Of a stretch of 64,000 nucleotides of DNA, positions 9,306 through 18,554 are shown in pieces. A program made the position numbers and the translations under genes. The stretch's first letter is position 1, and each line of letters starts with the position of its first letter. Source of the stretch: an uncultured bacterium. GTDB lineage: Bacteria; Auribacterota; JACPWU01. Where the stretch lies: the NCBI GenBank assembly GCA_964640155.1, contig CAZXEQ010000002.1, positions 322,342 to 386,341 of the forward strand, read 5' to 3'. The notes under the pieces are model-generated. The model saw nothing but the letters and a program-made list of their open reading frames with translations, searched no databases and was not told where the DNA came from.

Positions 9306-11534
9306 ATGCCTCAAAAAATTATTGTTGTGGGTGGGGTTGCTGGAGGAGCAAGTGCTGCTGCAAAGGCCAGACGTGTCGATGAACATGCTGAGATTATTAT
9401 TTTTGAAAGAGGGAGGTATGTCTCTTTTGCAAATTGTGGTTTGCCTTATTATGTGGGGGGCGCAATCTCCAAGAGAGAGGCTCTTCTACTTCAAACTCCA
9501 GAAAGTTTTTGGAAACGTTTCAGAGTTAAAGTGTATATCCTCCAGGAAGTTTTAAGTGTGGATCGTCCCAATAAAAAAGTGAAAGTTAAAGATCTTGCAA
9601 CATCTCATGTCTTAGATTTTTCTTATGATAAATTGATTCTTGCGACTGGAGCAGGTGCGATCATTCCCCCACTTCCAGGAATTCAAGCCTACAATATTTT
9701 TACCGTCAAGACAGTTCCAGATTCTGACAAAATCAAAGAATATATCTCGAAATATCATCCAAAGCGTGTTGTTGTTGTGGGAGGAGGTTTTATTGGACTT
9801 GAATCCGCAGAGGCTTTAAAAAATCTAGGTTTACAAGTGACTTTAGTAGAGGCATTGCCACAGATTCTCCCTCCTTTTGATCCGGATATGGCTCGCTTTG
9901 TTGCCGATCAGATGACCAATGCAGGGATTGATTTGGTATTGGGAGATGGGATCAAGTCTTTTCAGGGAGCAGCATTAGCCAATGAAGTTGAATTACAGAG
10001 TGGGCGAAAACTTCCCATGGATTTTGCCATTCTTTCGATTGGTGTTCGGCCAGAATTAAAATTGGCACAGGACGCAGGTTTGATGATCGGTCATTCAGGC
10101 GGGATCTCTGTAAATGAATATCAACAGACATCGGATCCCAATATTTATGCAGCGGGAGATGCTGTTGAGATTGTGCATCTTGTGACAGGAGAAAAAACAA
10201 GAATTCCTCTTGCAGGTCCGGCCAATAAACAAGGGCGTGTGGCTGGAGCTAATGCGGCCGGAGGACATCTTGTTTTCCCTGGAGCTGTAGGAACGGCAAT
10301 TGTTGAATGTATGGGAATTACAGCTGCAAAAACAGGCCTTTCGGAAAGGGAAGCAGAAAAAAATGGATTGAAATTTTATTCGTCTCAAACCCATTCTTTG
10401 GATCATGCAGGTTATTATCCTGGAAGTAGTCTGCTCCATATGAAGATGATTGTAGAAATAGAAACAGGGCGTTTGCTAGGGGCCCAGGTGATAGGTGAAA
10501 AAGGAGTGGATAAACGCATTGATGTATTAGCGACAGCTCTTTTTTGTAAGATGAAAGTCAGCGACGTTGAAAATTTAGATTTGGCTTATGCTCCTCAATT
10601 CTCTTCAGCTAAAGACCCAGTGATTATGGCGGGTTTTGTTGCATCCAATATTCAACGTGCCGAGTTCAAAGGAATCACTTGTCAAGCTCTTCAAGAAAAA
10701 CTTCAGAAAAACAAAGATATTCAAATTGTGGATGTTCGCACTCGCGAAGAAGTTGCAAGTGGCTCGATACCTCAAGCTATTCTTATCCCCCTGGATGAAT
10801 TGCGAGAATGTTTGGATAAATTAAATCCGGAAAAAGAAACAGTGGTTTATTGTAAAGTAGGATTAAGAGGATATTTAGCTGCTAGAATATTGGAGCAAAG
10901 TGGATTTCATCACGTATTTAATTTGACAGGAGGACTTTTGTCCTGTCCGAGTCATGAAAAAGCTTTTCATGACATCGGGGGGAAAAATCCTGTTTCGAGT
11001 GTGAACGTTCATGAATTAAAAGCAATGGTTGAAAACAAGTCATGCCTTGTTATTGATGTGAGAGAAAAAGATGAGTTTAGATATGAATTCATTCCTCAGA
11101 CAAAAAATATTCCTTTAAGTCAGCTGAACTTGGAGAAGAATCAGTTGTCCAAGGAAACTCCTGTTTATGTGATGTGTCAAGCCGGAGCACGTTCCCGCGT
11201 GGCTGTTGATCAGTTGAGATCTTGGGGTTTTACAAGTCCCATTCTTGTCGAAGGAGGGCTTCAGGCTTGGAAAAATGCAGGTTTTTCGATCAAAAAAGTA
11301 GGGCCTCTTCCTCTCATGCGCCAGGTCCAAATTGTTGCAGGAGTATTGATTTTGATAGGCTCTTTATTACCAGGATTTAAAGGTATTGCAATTTTTGTAG
11401 GGGCTGGGCTTGTTTTTGCAGGAGCAAGTGGCTGGTGCGGTATGGCCATGTTGTTACAAAAGATGCCTTGGAATCAGCGTTTTTCGAAAAACATAAGCTG
11501 TGATACCCAGAACTCTCCTTGTTCAAAGAATTAA
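9306..11534 (+). CDS. CoA-disulfide reductase-like FAD/NAD(P) oxidoreductase with two rhodanese domains and C-terminal membrane segment
   Basis: N-terminal GGVAGGASAA dinucleotide motif, second VVGGGFIGLE motif, single redox Cys (SFANCGLPYY), two rhodanese-like regions, hydrophobic C-terminus. Confidence 0.8.
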   Translation: MPQKIIVVGGVAGGASAAAKARRVDEHAEIIIFERGRYVSFANCGLPYYVGGAISKREALLLQTPESFWKRFRVKVYILQEVLSVDRPNKKVKVKDLATSHVLDFSYDKLILATGAGAIIPPLPGIQAYNIFTVKTVPDSDKIKEYISKYHPKRVVVVGGGFIGLESAEALKNLGLQVTLVEALPQILPPFDPDMARFVADQMTNAGIDLVLGDGIKSFQGAALANEVELQSGRKLPMDFAILSIGVRPELKLAQDAGLMIGHSGGISVNEYQQTSDPNIYAAGDAVEIVHLVTGEKTRIPLAGPANKQGRVAGANAAGGHLVFPGAVGTAIVECMGITAAKTGLSEREAEKNGLKFYSSQTHSLDHAGYYPGSSLLHMKMIVEIETGRLLGAQVIGEKGVDKRIDVLATALFCKMKVSDVENLDLAYAPQFSSAKDPVIMAGFVASNIQRAEFKGITCQALQEKLQKNKDIQIVDVRTREEVASGSIPQAILIPLDELRECLDKLNPEKETVVYCKVGLRGYLAARILEQSGFHHVFNLTGGLLSCPSHEKAFHDIGGKNPVSSVNVHELKAMVENKSCLVIDVREKDEFRYEFIPQTKNIPLSQLNLEKNQLSKETPVYVMCQAGARSRVAVDQLRSWGFTSPILVEGGLQAWKNAGFSIKKVGPLPLMRQVQIVAGVLILIGSLLPGFKGIAIFVGAGLVFAGASGWCGMAMLLQKMPWNQRFSKNISCDTQNSPCSKN

Positions 11535-11608
11535 TAATCAATTTTTGTTTAAAAAATCTTTTGAATTGTTGTTCTTTTCTAATCTTCTAACATTTATAAT
11601 TACTCCCT

Positions 11609-12583
11609 ATGACCATCCCTCAAAAATTCTCTCAAGAAAAACTTAGCTCTCTTCTTCAAAATGCTTTCAATAAGAGAAAGCGGTTGTTAAATATTACAAA
11701 TGCAATCCGATTGGTGAATGGACAGGGAGATGGTTTAAAGGGATTGGTGATTGATCGATATCATTCTCATTACATGGTTCAGGTTTATGATGATCAATGG
11801 GCCTCACGTTTGGAAGAGATAAAAAAGATTATTTTGGATGAAGAACATCCTGAGTTTTTAATCTTTAAAGAAACCTCCTCAGAAAAATCAGATCAAAATA
11901 GTTTTTATCGGGACTTAACATTTATGCAAGCAAGTTCTAAAACCATTGTTGCTGAAAATGGTCTAAAATTTGAGGTTGATCTTGATGATGGCATAAATGC
12001 AGGCCTTTTTTTAGACATGCGTGCGAATCGTCAAAAAATACGAGAGATTGTAAAAGGAAAAGAAGTCCTTAATTGTTTTGCCTATACTTGTTCTTTTGGA
12101 GTTTATGCTCGTGCAGGAGGTGCCCTCAGAGTTGTGAATGTAGATATCAGTCAAAAAGCTCTCGACAAAGGGAAAAAGAATTATGAATTAAATCATCTTT
12201 CTCTGTCTGAAAACGAATTTGTAAAAATGGAGACGATAGAATATTTGGAAAGAGCCATCATTAAAAAAAATGTATTTGATGTTGTCATTATTGATCCTCC
12301 TTCTTTTGCAAGATATGATGGGAAAGTCTTTTCTGTAAGAGAGAAAATGGGACGATTGATCGAATTTGCAATGAGGATTCTGAAGCCCTCAGGATATTTG
12401 TTAATCGCAACGAATTTTTCAGAATTTTCTCTTACGATGCTTGAAAATGAGATAAAAGATAGACTGAGATTTCTGGGGAAAAAGATAAAACAGGTGGATG
12501 TTTTAGGACAAGACAGTGATTTCCGTGGAAGTGGAACCATGAAGGAAAGTTATTTGGCTGCAGTTCTCATAAATTTAGTATGA
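11609..12583 (+). CDS. class I SAM-dependent rRNA methyltransferase (RlmI/RlmK-like)
   Basis: 324 aa; C-terminal VIIDPPSFAR motif and overall layout typical of RlmI-type m5C methyltransferases. Confidence 0.65.
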   Translation: MTIPQKFSQEKLSSLLQNAFNKRKRLLNITNAIRLVNGQGDGLKGLVIDRYHSHYMVQVYDDQWASRLEEIKKIILDEEHPEFLIFKETSSEKSDQNSFYRDLTFMQASSKTIVAENGLKFEVDLDDGINAGLFLDMRANRQKIREIVKGKEVLNCFAYTCSFGVYARAGGALRVVNVDISQKALDKGKKNYELNHLSLSENEFVKMETIEYLERAIIKKNVFDVVIIDPPSFARYDGKVFSVREKMGRLIEFAMRILKPSGYLLIATNFSEFSLTMLENEIKDRLRFLGKKIKQVDVLGQDSDFRGSGTMKESYLAAVLINLV

Positions 12584-12677
12584 GATGAAACATTTTGATA
12601 GAATAATGGGCTTTAGAGGGGTGTAATTATTAGACGGGTTTTTTGATCTTTAGAATACGATAGATGAGGTTTTTTTA

Positions 12678-12764
12678 GGAAGGGTGGCTGAGTGGTTGAA
12701 AGCGCGGGTCTCGAAAATCCGTTTCCGAGCAATCGGAACGTGGGTTCGAATCCCACCCCTTCCG
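12678..12764 (+). tRNA. tRNA-Ser (anticodon CGA)
   Basis: Long variable arm, anticodon loop cuCGAaa, T-arm GGTTCGAATCC, acceptor ggaaggg/cccttcc. Confidence 0.85.
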
Positions 12765-12787
12765 ATTCTAAAATTTTTTGAATATAT

Positions 12788-12898
12788 GGTAGGGATTCGA
12801 AGGGTACCCGAGCGCGTCCTGTGGACGATGAAGCGAGGGACCCCGGCTCCGGAGGAACGAATGAAATGAGTGGGGTAGGAGGAATCCCACCCCTTCCG
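12788..12898 (+). repeat. tRNA-downstream element copy 1 (starts GGGATTCGAAGGG, ends with duplicate of tRNA-Ser(CGA) 3' end)
   Basis: Shares 5' motif and CCGGAG...AACGAA...TAGG...AATCCC 3' module with the three other copies; terminal ggaatcccaccccttccg repeats the tRNA 3' end. Confidence 0.5.
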
Positions 12899-13044
12899 TC
12901 AGACTACGCTTCTGGGGGGACTTTGTCTGGCAGTGCCAGGCATGTAATCTTTTAATTTAAGAAGTAGGTGAGAGGGATCTATTAACTAAGTTATTCAAGT
13001 TGTGTTAAGATGTCCGCTAAACATTTAGTTTAAAGGAGGTTATT

Positions 13045-13425
13045 ATGGAAGGAATGGTTACACGAAAGGTGGAATTAAGAGGAATTGGATTTTTTTCAGT
13101 ATTTAAGATTTTTTTCTCAATCATATTGTTTTTTTCATTAGTTTTTCTTATCCTGTTTGATCTTTTTGGCTTTCAAATTGTGGGGACTTTGGCTGGATGG
13201 ATAGGGGATATCAGACAGCTTTTTGTTGATTTGCAAACAAAGTTTCCAAGTATTTTTGATAACAAGATATTATTTTCTTTGTTTCAATCTTTGTTATTAG
13301 GACTTATTTTAGGGCTGTTTATTGGTATTGCAACAGGCATTTTCAACCTTTTTGTAGCTCTTTTAGGTGGATTGAGTATTAAAATTAGAGAGAAGACCCC
13401 CGAGAAAAAAACATCATATCTTTAA
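13045..13425 (+). CDS. hypothetical membrane protein
   Basis: 126 aa, strongly hydrophobic; no recognised motif. Confidence 0.4.
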   Translation: MEGMVTRKVELRGIGFFSVFKIFFSIILFFSLVFLILFDLFGFQIVGTLAGWIGDIRQLFVDLQTKFPSIFDNKILFSLFQSLLLGLILGLFIGIATGIFNLFVALLGGLSIKIREKTPEKKTSYL

Positions 13426-13520
13426 AACTAGGGGATGGGGAGTAGGGCATAGGGTTTAGGGGAGGTAAGTATGAAAGTATTTTATCCCTGAATTTTAAGC
13501 TCTACTCTCTATTTTTGTCG

Positions 13521-13594
13521 CGCCCGTAGCTCAGCTGGATAGAGCACTTGCCTACGAAGCAAGGGGCCACAGGTTCAAATCCTGTCGGGCGCAC
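13521..13594 (+). tRNA. tRNA-Arg (anticodon ACG)
   Basis: gcgcccgTAGCTCAGCTGGATAGAGC D-arm, anticodon loop cuACGaa, T-arm GGTTCAAATCC, acceptor pairing gcgcccg/cgggcgc. Confidence 0.85.
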
Positions 13595-13632
13595 GAATTC
13601 ACGAGTGCAATAATTACTTGAGTCATTAACGG

Positions 13633-13727
13633 CAGGATTTGAAGGGAGGGCCGGGTGGCCGACTTGTAGGTCGAAGACCGGAAGGCACCAAATCCTCTCT
13701 CCGGAGACGGGCATGCTGTCGGGCCCC
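13633..13727 (+). repeat. tRNA-downstream element copy 2 (shorter or degenerate)
   Basis: GGATTTGAAGGGAG...GGGTGGCCGAC motifs shared with copies 3 and 4; ends near a partial match to the tRNA-Arg 3' end (tgtcgggc). Confidence 0.4.
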
Positions 13728-13751
13728 AAACTTTATATGAAGTGTGAATGT

Positions 13752-14228
13752 ATGATACAAGAGACTCCTATTGATGAAAAAGATATAAAGTATATGACTG
13801 AAGCTTTGAAAGAAGCTCAGTATGCTTTTGATGATGGAGAAACACCTGTAGGAGCTTGTATTGTGTATGAAGGGAAAATTATTGCACGCTCTCATAATCA
13901 AGTGGAGCTTTTAAGAGATTCTACGGCTCATGCTGAGATGATTGCCATGACTCAAGCTGCCGATTTTCTGAATAACTGGCGATTGTTAAATTGTACACTT
14001 TATGTGACAAAAGAGCCTTGTTTGATGTGCACAGGTGCGATTTTGCTTTCAAGAATTCCTCGGCTTGTTTTTGGTGCTTTTGATGTGAGAAATAGGGGAT
14101 TAAGAGATTTAATTCATCCAGGTTATGAACCAGAAATGAAACAATTAAATATAGTGCAGGGAGTTTTAGAAGCAGATTGTCAATTTCTTTTGAAAGAATT
14201 TTTTAAGAAGGCTAGAGAAAAATCATAG
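13752..14228 (+). CDS. tadA: tRNA-specific adenosine(34) deaminase
   Basis: HAEMIAM and PCLMCTGA zinc-binding motifs; ~155 aa; start moved to Met (MIQETP) downstream of the repeat-overlapping ORF start at 13713. Confidence 0.85.
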   Translation: MIQETPIDEKDIKYMTEALKEAQYAFDDGETPVGACIVYEGKIIARSHNQVELLRDSTAHAEMIAMTQAADFLNNWRLLNCTLYVTKEPCLMCTGAILLSRIPRLVFGAFDVRNRGLRDLIHPGYEPEMKQLNIVQGVLEADCQFLLKEFFKKAREKS

Positions 14229-14282
14229 GTTGTAAATTAGTTTTTTATTTCGAATTACGATATACGAGATACTATTTTTGAA

Positions 14283-14371
14283 GGAGAGGTGGCTGAGTGG
14301 CCTAAAGCGACGGCTTGCTAAGCCGTTGTACTGTTAATTCAGTACCGGGGGTTCGAATCCCCCCCTCTCCG
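14283..14371 (+). tRNA. tRNA-Ser (anticodon GCU)
   Basis: Long variable arm, anticodon loop uuGCUaa, T-arm GGTTCGAATCC, acceptor ggagagg/cctctcc. Confidence 0.85.
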
Positions 14372-14445
14372 AAGTTTATTGGTAGCTTTAAAGTTAGCGG
14401 AAAGCAGCTTGAGCAAGAGGTCCATGTCGGTTATTGGGATTCGAA

Positions 14446-14564
14446 GGGAGGCCTGACATAGCATAATGCAAATCATGCACTGCATGATTTGCGACTGTTA
14501 GGAGGGCCGGGTGGCCGACCGGAGTGAGTGTAACGAACGTAGGCGCCGAATCCCCCCCTCTCCG
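14446..14564 (+). repeat. tRNA-downstream element copy 3
   Basis: GGGATTCGAAGGGAG start, internal hairpin (gcaaatcatgca/tgcatgatttgc), GGGTGGCCGACCGGAGTGA module, ends with cgaatccccccctctccgaagttta duplicating the tRNA-Ser(GCU) 3' end and flank. Confidence 0.5.
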
Positions 14565-14571
14565 AAGTTTA

Positions 14572-15261
14572 TCAAATCCATCCGGCAAAGAAAGCCACAC
14601 GTCCTTCTATATTCATTTTATAATTTTTGAAATTTTGGCTCAGAACTTTCTCCAAATCAGTCGCAGAATCTTTCTGATTTCCAAAAATTCCCTTCTTATT
14701 ATAGAGATTCATTAATTTTCTTCCTAGAAAGTTGTGTTCAATCCCTCCTCCCAAAATAGTTGTTCCAAAAATAACTCCTTGGGAACCCATCAAAGGTTTT
14801 AAGTGTTCAAAAACCTTTGCTTTATCTTGCATGTTTCCTGGAAGACAATGAAGAAGATATCCAAGTCCTATGGATGTGAAGTTTTTCTCATTCAATGGAA
14901 TGGGCTTGAGAACGTTTGCAACAAGTGTTTTAGGACGATACCGAGCAATGCGTCTGGTGGTGACCTCTAGACAATGAGGATTTAGATCCAAAAGAGTCAA
15001 AGAGAGATGCTGTGACGGGAATTGGCATTTATCTAAAAAGTAACCAGTTCCTACACCCACTTCTAAATGATGATCCGTTACATGATTGTTGTAAAAATCT
15101 AAAATTTTTTTTGTAGAACATTTCCATGCAAAATGATTTGAAAGTCCTAAAACAAAAAGATCATAGAGAGATAATACAAGCTTGGTATATACTGCTGCTC
15201 CAGAGTTTTCAGATGTATGTGTAGGGGCCATATGAACCTGGTTTTTCATGCAAGATAACAT
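14572..15261 (-). CDS. class I SAM-dependent methyltransferase
   Basis: LEVGVGTGYF glycine-rich SAM-binding motif I. Confidence 0.65.
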   Translation of the reverse strand: MLSCMKNQVHMAPTHTSENSGAAVYTKLVLSLYDLFVLGLSNHFAWKCSTKKILDFYNNHVTDHHLEVGVGTGYFLDKCQFPSQHLSLTLLDLNPHCLEVTTRRIARYRPKTLVANVLKPIPLNEKNFTSIGLGYLLHCLPGNMQDKAKVFEHLKPLMGSQGVIFGTTILGGGIEHNFLGRKLMNLYNKKGIFGNQKDSATDLEKVLSQNFKNYKMNIEGRVAFFAGWI

Positions 15262-15296
15262 CTTTGTATGGGTAAGAAAATAAAAAGCGATTTTTT

Positions 15297-16106
15297 ATGA
15301 CTTCTTTACAGAATATAAGTATTCTTAACAATTTTCTCAAATTTTTCAACATTTCTTCAAGTTTAAATGAAACTATGTTACTCGAGGCTGTTGTAAAGTC
15401 TTTTTCAAAGCTTCCTTATGAGAATCTGACAAAGATTATTTGTAAAGCAGAGGAAGGGACCCCCCAACGTGCCAGAAGAAATCCACAGAGAGTTTTAGGG
15501 GATCACTTTGATTTCGGAACAGGTGGAACTTGTTTTTCTTTAACTTCTACGCTTTTATGTTTGATTCGTTCACTCGGTTGGCAAGCGGAGCCTATTTTGG
15601 CGGATCGGCCTTATGGGCCCAATACGCATTGTGCCTTGCTGATTTGGATAGAGGGTAAACCCCATCTTTTAGATCCAGGTTTTCTTATTTTGAAACCTGT
15701 GTTTGTAGGTTTTGAAGAAGATCTTTGTTTGGAAACTTCTTTTAATCAAATGATCCTTTCTTCGCATGACAACCGCTTGAATCTTGCAACTCTTGAAAAA
15801 GGACAAAAGAAATTGAGAATGACCTATAAATTAAATCCTGTAGAGAAAAGCGAATTTTTAAAGGTTTGGGATGAATCTTTTGATTGGGAGATGATGCGAT
15901 ATCCTCTTTTGACAAAGATTGTAGAAAATCATCAGATTTATTTGAGAAAGACCCGACTACAAAATCGTTTTGCCAATGAGGCTCATCATTATGAATTAGC
16001 CGAAACAGAACTTTTAAAGAAAATTTCTCAAGAATTTAAAATTGCACCCATCATTGTTTCTAAAGCTTTAAATATTTTAAAGACCCAAGGAGAGCTTTGT
16101 GGCTAA
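15297..16106 (+). CDS. arylamine N-acetyltransferase (NAT) family protein
   Basis: GGTCFSL...IRSLGW catalytic-Cys region and THCALLIWIEGKPHLLDPGF matching the NAT Cys-His-Asp triad context. Confidence 0.6.
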   Translation: MTSLQNISILNNFLKFFNISSSLNETMLLEAVVKSFSKLPYENLTKIICKAEEGTPQRARRNPQRVLGDHFDFGTGGTCFSLTSTLLCLIRSLGWQAEPILADRPYGPNTHCALLIWIEGKPHLLDPGFLILKPVFVGFEEDLCLETSFNQMILSSHDNRLNLATLEKGQKKLRMTYKLNPVEKSEFLKVWDESFDWEMMRYPLLTKIVENHQIYLRKTRLQNRFANEAHHYELAETELLKKISQEFKIAPIIVSKALNILKTQGELCG

Positions 16107-16623
16107 GACAAGTTTTCCAACTCCCGTGAAGCTTTTCGTGGCAGTGCTTTGGACTAATTCTGATGTTTTGAATAAAGCTTACAAAGTGCTTCAAGAAAAA
16201 TGGGGATCTTTTGATTTTGAGGGACAAGATCATGCATTTGATATCACTGATTATTATGAGAATGAAATGGGGAAAAATCTTAAACGCAGATTGATTGCTT
16301 TTGAGAAGCTTGTTTCACCTGAAATTCTTGCGGGGGCCAAAATTCTTTGCAATGAAGTTGAAGAAAAGCTTAAGATTGAAAATAAAAGGCAAATCAATTT
16401 GGACATTGGATATTTAGACCATAACAAAATTGTTTTGGCTTCTGCCAAGGGTGCTGGGCAAAAGATTTATTTAAGAGATGGGATTTATGCAGATTTTATT
16501 GCCCGTTTTGGGAAAGGGCATTATCGGCCTTTTGAATGGTGTTTCCCTGATTTTAAAGATGGGAGATATGATAAAGAGCTTTTACAGATTCGAGAGAAAT
16601 ATTTAACACAATTGAAGAAATAA
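16099..16623 (+). CDS. hypothetical protein (possibly DUF4416-like)
   Basis: 174 aa; 8-nt overlap with upstream NAT-like gene suggests co-transcription; family from memory only. Confidence 0.45.
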   Translation: MAKTSFPTPVKLFVAVLWTNSDVLNKAYKVLQEKWGSFDFEGQDHAFDITDYYENEMGKNLKRRLIAFEKLVSPEILAGAKILCNEVEEKLKIENKRQINLDIGYLDHNKIVLASAKGAGQKIYLRDGIYADFIARFGKGHYRPFEWCFPDFKDGRYDKELLQIREKYLTQLKK

Positions 16624-16630
16624 TATAGGT

Positions 16631-16769
16631 AAATTGTCCAACAGAGTGTTCAGGCACGTTCATTTACCCCGGCGAGGTAAATGAACTCAAGGGAGATCTT
16701 GCTCCCCTGATGTCCATCGGGGTCCTTGCTCGCTTGATCTCTAGTGGTCTTCACTCTCCGTTGGACAAT
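16631..16769 (+). ncRNA. candidate structured RNA upstream of dnaX (identity unresolved)
   Basis: Long-range inverted repeats aattgtccaacagagtg / cactctccgttggacaat enclosing nested hairpins (gttcatttacc...ggtaaatgaac; cccctgatgtccatcgggg); lies where SRP RNA often sits relative to dnaX, but the SRP domain IV motif was not seen. Confidence 0.3.
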
Positions 16770-16909
16770 AGACAAGTTGAGTGTCCAAATCTCATATCCA
16801 TGTGCAACAATTGTCTGTAGATAGAATGCGATGAATAAGAGTTACCTCTTGATCCTATGAAGGTTTATCGGTTAAAGTTAGTCCTGTAAATTTCTGTAAG
16901 GAGAACAAA

Positions 16910-18553
16910 GTGAGTTATCTTGTTTTAGCGCGTAAATGGAGGCCCCAAACTTTTGAAGAAATCGTGGGCCAGCCCCATGTGGTGACAACATTAAAAAATG
17001 CGATTACGATGAATCGTGTTGCGCATGCCTATCTTTTAAGTGGGCCCAGAGGAGTGGGTAAGACCAGTACTGCTCGTGTTTTTGCAAAAGCACTTAATTG
17101 TAAAAAGGCAATAACACCAGAGCCCTGCAATACTTGCGTGAATTGTACAGAAATTGCAGCTGGCTCCAGCATGGATATTTTAGAAATTGATGGTGCTTCT
17201 AACCGTGGAATTGATCAAGTACGGGAGCTTCGAGACAATGTTAAATTTGCTCCTGCCTCTGGACGCTTTAAAGTGTATATCATTGATGAAGTTCACATGC
17301 TGACTCAAGAAGCTTTTAATGCTCTTTTAAAAACTTTGGAAGAACCTCCAAGTCATGTGAAATTTGTTTTTGCAACTACAGAAATTCATAAAGTTCCTGC
17401 GACCATTCTTTCCCGATGTCAGAGATTTGATTTAAGAAAGATTTCTACAAGCCAGATTTTGAATCATCTCAAAGAAATGGTGAAGAAAGAAAAAGTAAAA
17501 GCCGATGAAAAAATTCTTTTTGCAGTTGCTAAAATGGGAGACGGCAGTCTTCGAGATGCAGAGAGTTTGCTTGATCAGCTCATTTCGTTTTCCGAAGGCC
17601 ATATCAAATATGAAGAAGCCATGGATATTTTGGGTTGTGTCCCGCGAGAAAAAGTTCTTCAGCTGGTTGTGGCTTTAAAAGAAGGGGACTGGGAAAATCT
17701 TTTTGAAAATATTCGTAAAATGGATGAAGAAGGTAAAGACTTGAGTGTATTTGTGAGAGAGTTAGGGGCTCATTTAAGAGATCTTTTGATCCTTCAAATG
17801 GATTCAAAGCAGGTAGCCTTGGTTGAATTAAGCCCAGAAGATTTAGAGGAAGGTAAGCGGCAAACTCAATTCTTTTCAAGAGATCAACTTTTGCAAATGT
17901 TGGAAGTAACATTAGAAGCAGAAGATCGATTTAAAAATGCTTTATCAAAACGCTTTTTGCTCGAAGCTTTGTCAGTTCGGCTTTTTTTGATTGGACAGTC
18001 GATATCACTAGAAACATTGATTTCAAAAATAGATACTTTGGGGAATCTTCCTGCTTCTATCGCTCCCTCTGTAAAAAATAAACAAGAATCTCCAGTGGAA
18101 ACGCTAAAAAAAAACGAATCTTTTAGTATAACTCCTCGTACAAATAGTGTAGCTCCTGGTCATAAGCATACCGAAACCTGGGGGAAATTTTTGGTGGACA
18201 TCGGTGGGCGTAAACCCCTTTTACACGCATATCTAAGAGAAGGAATGTTCCAATCAGACGGGATTCGTCTTCAATTGATTTTTCCACAAGATAAAGCCTT
18301 TTTTCTAGATTCCTTAAAAGCACCCGAAAATCAAAAAGTGATTCGCGAGGGGATTCAAAAAACTTTTGGGAATGAATTTTCATTGGAATTTGTTTTAGGT
18401 TTCAAGAGCCCAATACAAAAGATGCAAGAGCAACCGAACAAAGTTTCAGAGCCAAGTGTTGTTGTGTCATCTGACATGGCGATTCAAGATGACCCTATCG
18501 TACAAAAGGCACTTGAAATTTTCGAAGGAAAAATTACGGAAATCAAAAAGTAA
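16910..18553 (+). CDS. dnaX: DNA polymerase III subunit gamma/tau
   Basis: GPRGVGKTS Walker A, clamp-loader motifs (SRCQRFDL); GTG start after GGAGAA RBS. Confidence 0.9.
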   Translation: MSYLVLARKWRPQTFEEIVGQPHVVTTLKNAITMNRVAHAYLLSGPRGVGKTSTARVFAKALNCKKAITPEPCNTCVNCTEIAAGSSMDILEIDGASNRGIDQVRELRDNVKFAPASGRFKVYIIDEVHMLTQEAFNALLKTLEEPPSHVKFVFATTEIHKVPATILSRCQRFDLRKISTSQILNHLKEMVKKEKVKADEKILFAVAKMGDGSLRDAESLLDQLISFSEGHIKYEEAMDILGCVPREKVLQLVVALKEGDWENLFENIRKMDEEGKDLSVFVRELGAHLRDLLILQMDSKQVALVELSPEDLEEGKRQTQFFSRDQLLQMLEVTLEAEDRFKNALSKRFLLEALSVRLFLIGQSISLETLISKIDTLGNLPASIAPSVKNKQESPVETLKKNESFSITPRTNSVAPGHKHTETWGKFLVDIGGRKPLLHAYLREGMFQSDGIRLQLIFPQDKAFFLDSLKAPENQKVIREGIQKTFGNEFSLEFVLGFKSPIQKMQEQPNKVSEPSVVVSSDMAIQDDPIVQKALEIFEGKITEIKK

Positions 18554-18554
18554 T

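Noticed and set aside
12684-12869. 61-aa ORF overlapping tRNA-Ser(CGA) and the downstream element
   Set aside because: Its start sits inside the tRNA gene; the sequence is better explained as tRNA plus repeat.
13502-14600. Minus-strand ORFs 13502-13729, 13626-13901 and 14394-14600 across tRNA-Arg, tadA start and tRNA-linked elements
   Set aside because: Overlap tRNA genes and repeat elements and conflict with the well-supported tadA frame; no motifs.
16631-16769. Specific assignment of the dnaX-upstream structure as SRP RNA
   Set aside because: I could not find the conserved domain IV features (GNRA tetraloop with flanking AGCAG-type symmetric loop), so only a generic candidate ncRNA is reported.
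18456-18554. N-terminal extension of recR overlapping the dnaX 3' end
   Set aside because: RecR homology begins at the Met at 18555 (MSYKLDAFQ...), directly after the dnaX stop; the upstream extension is an artefact of the longest-ORF rule.
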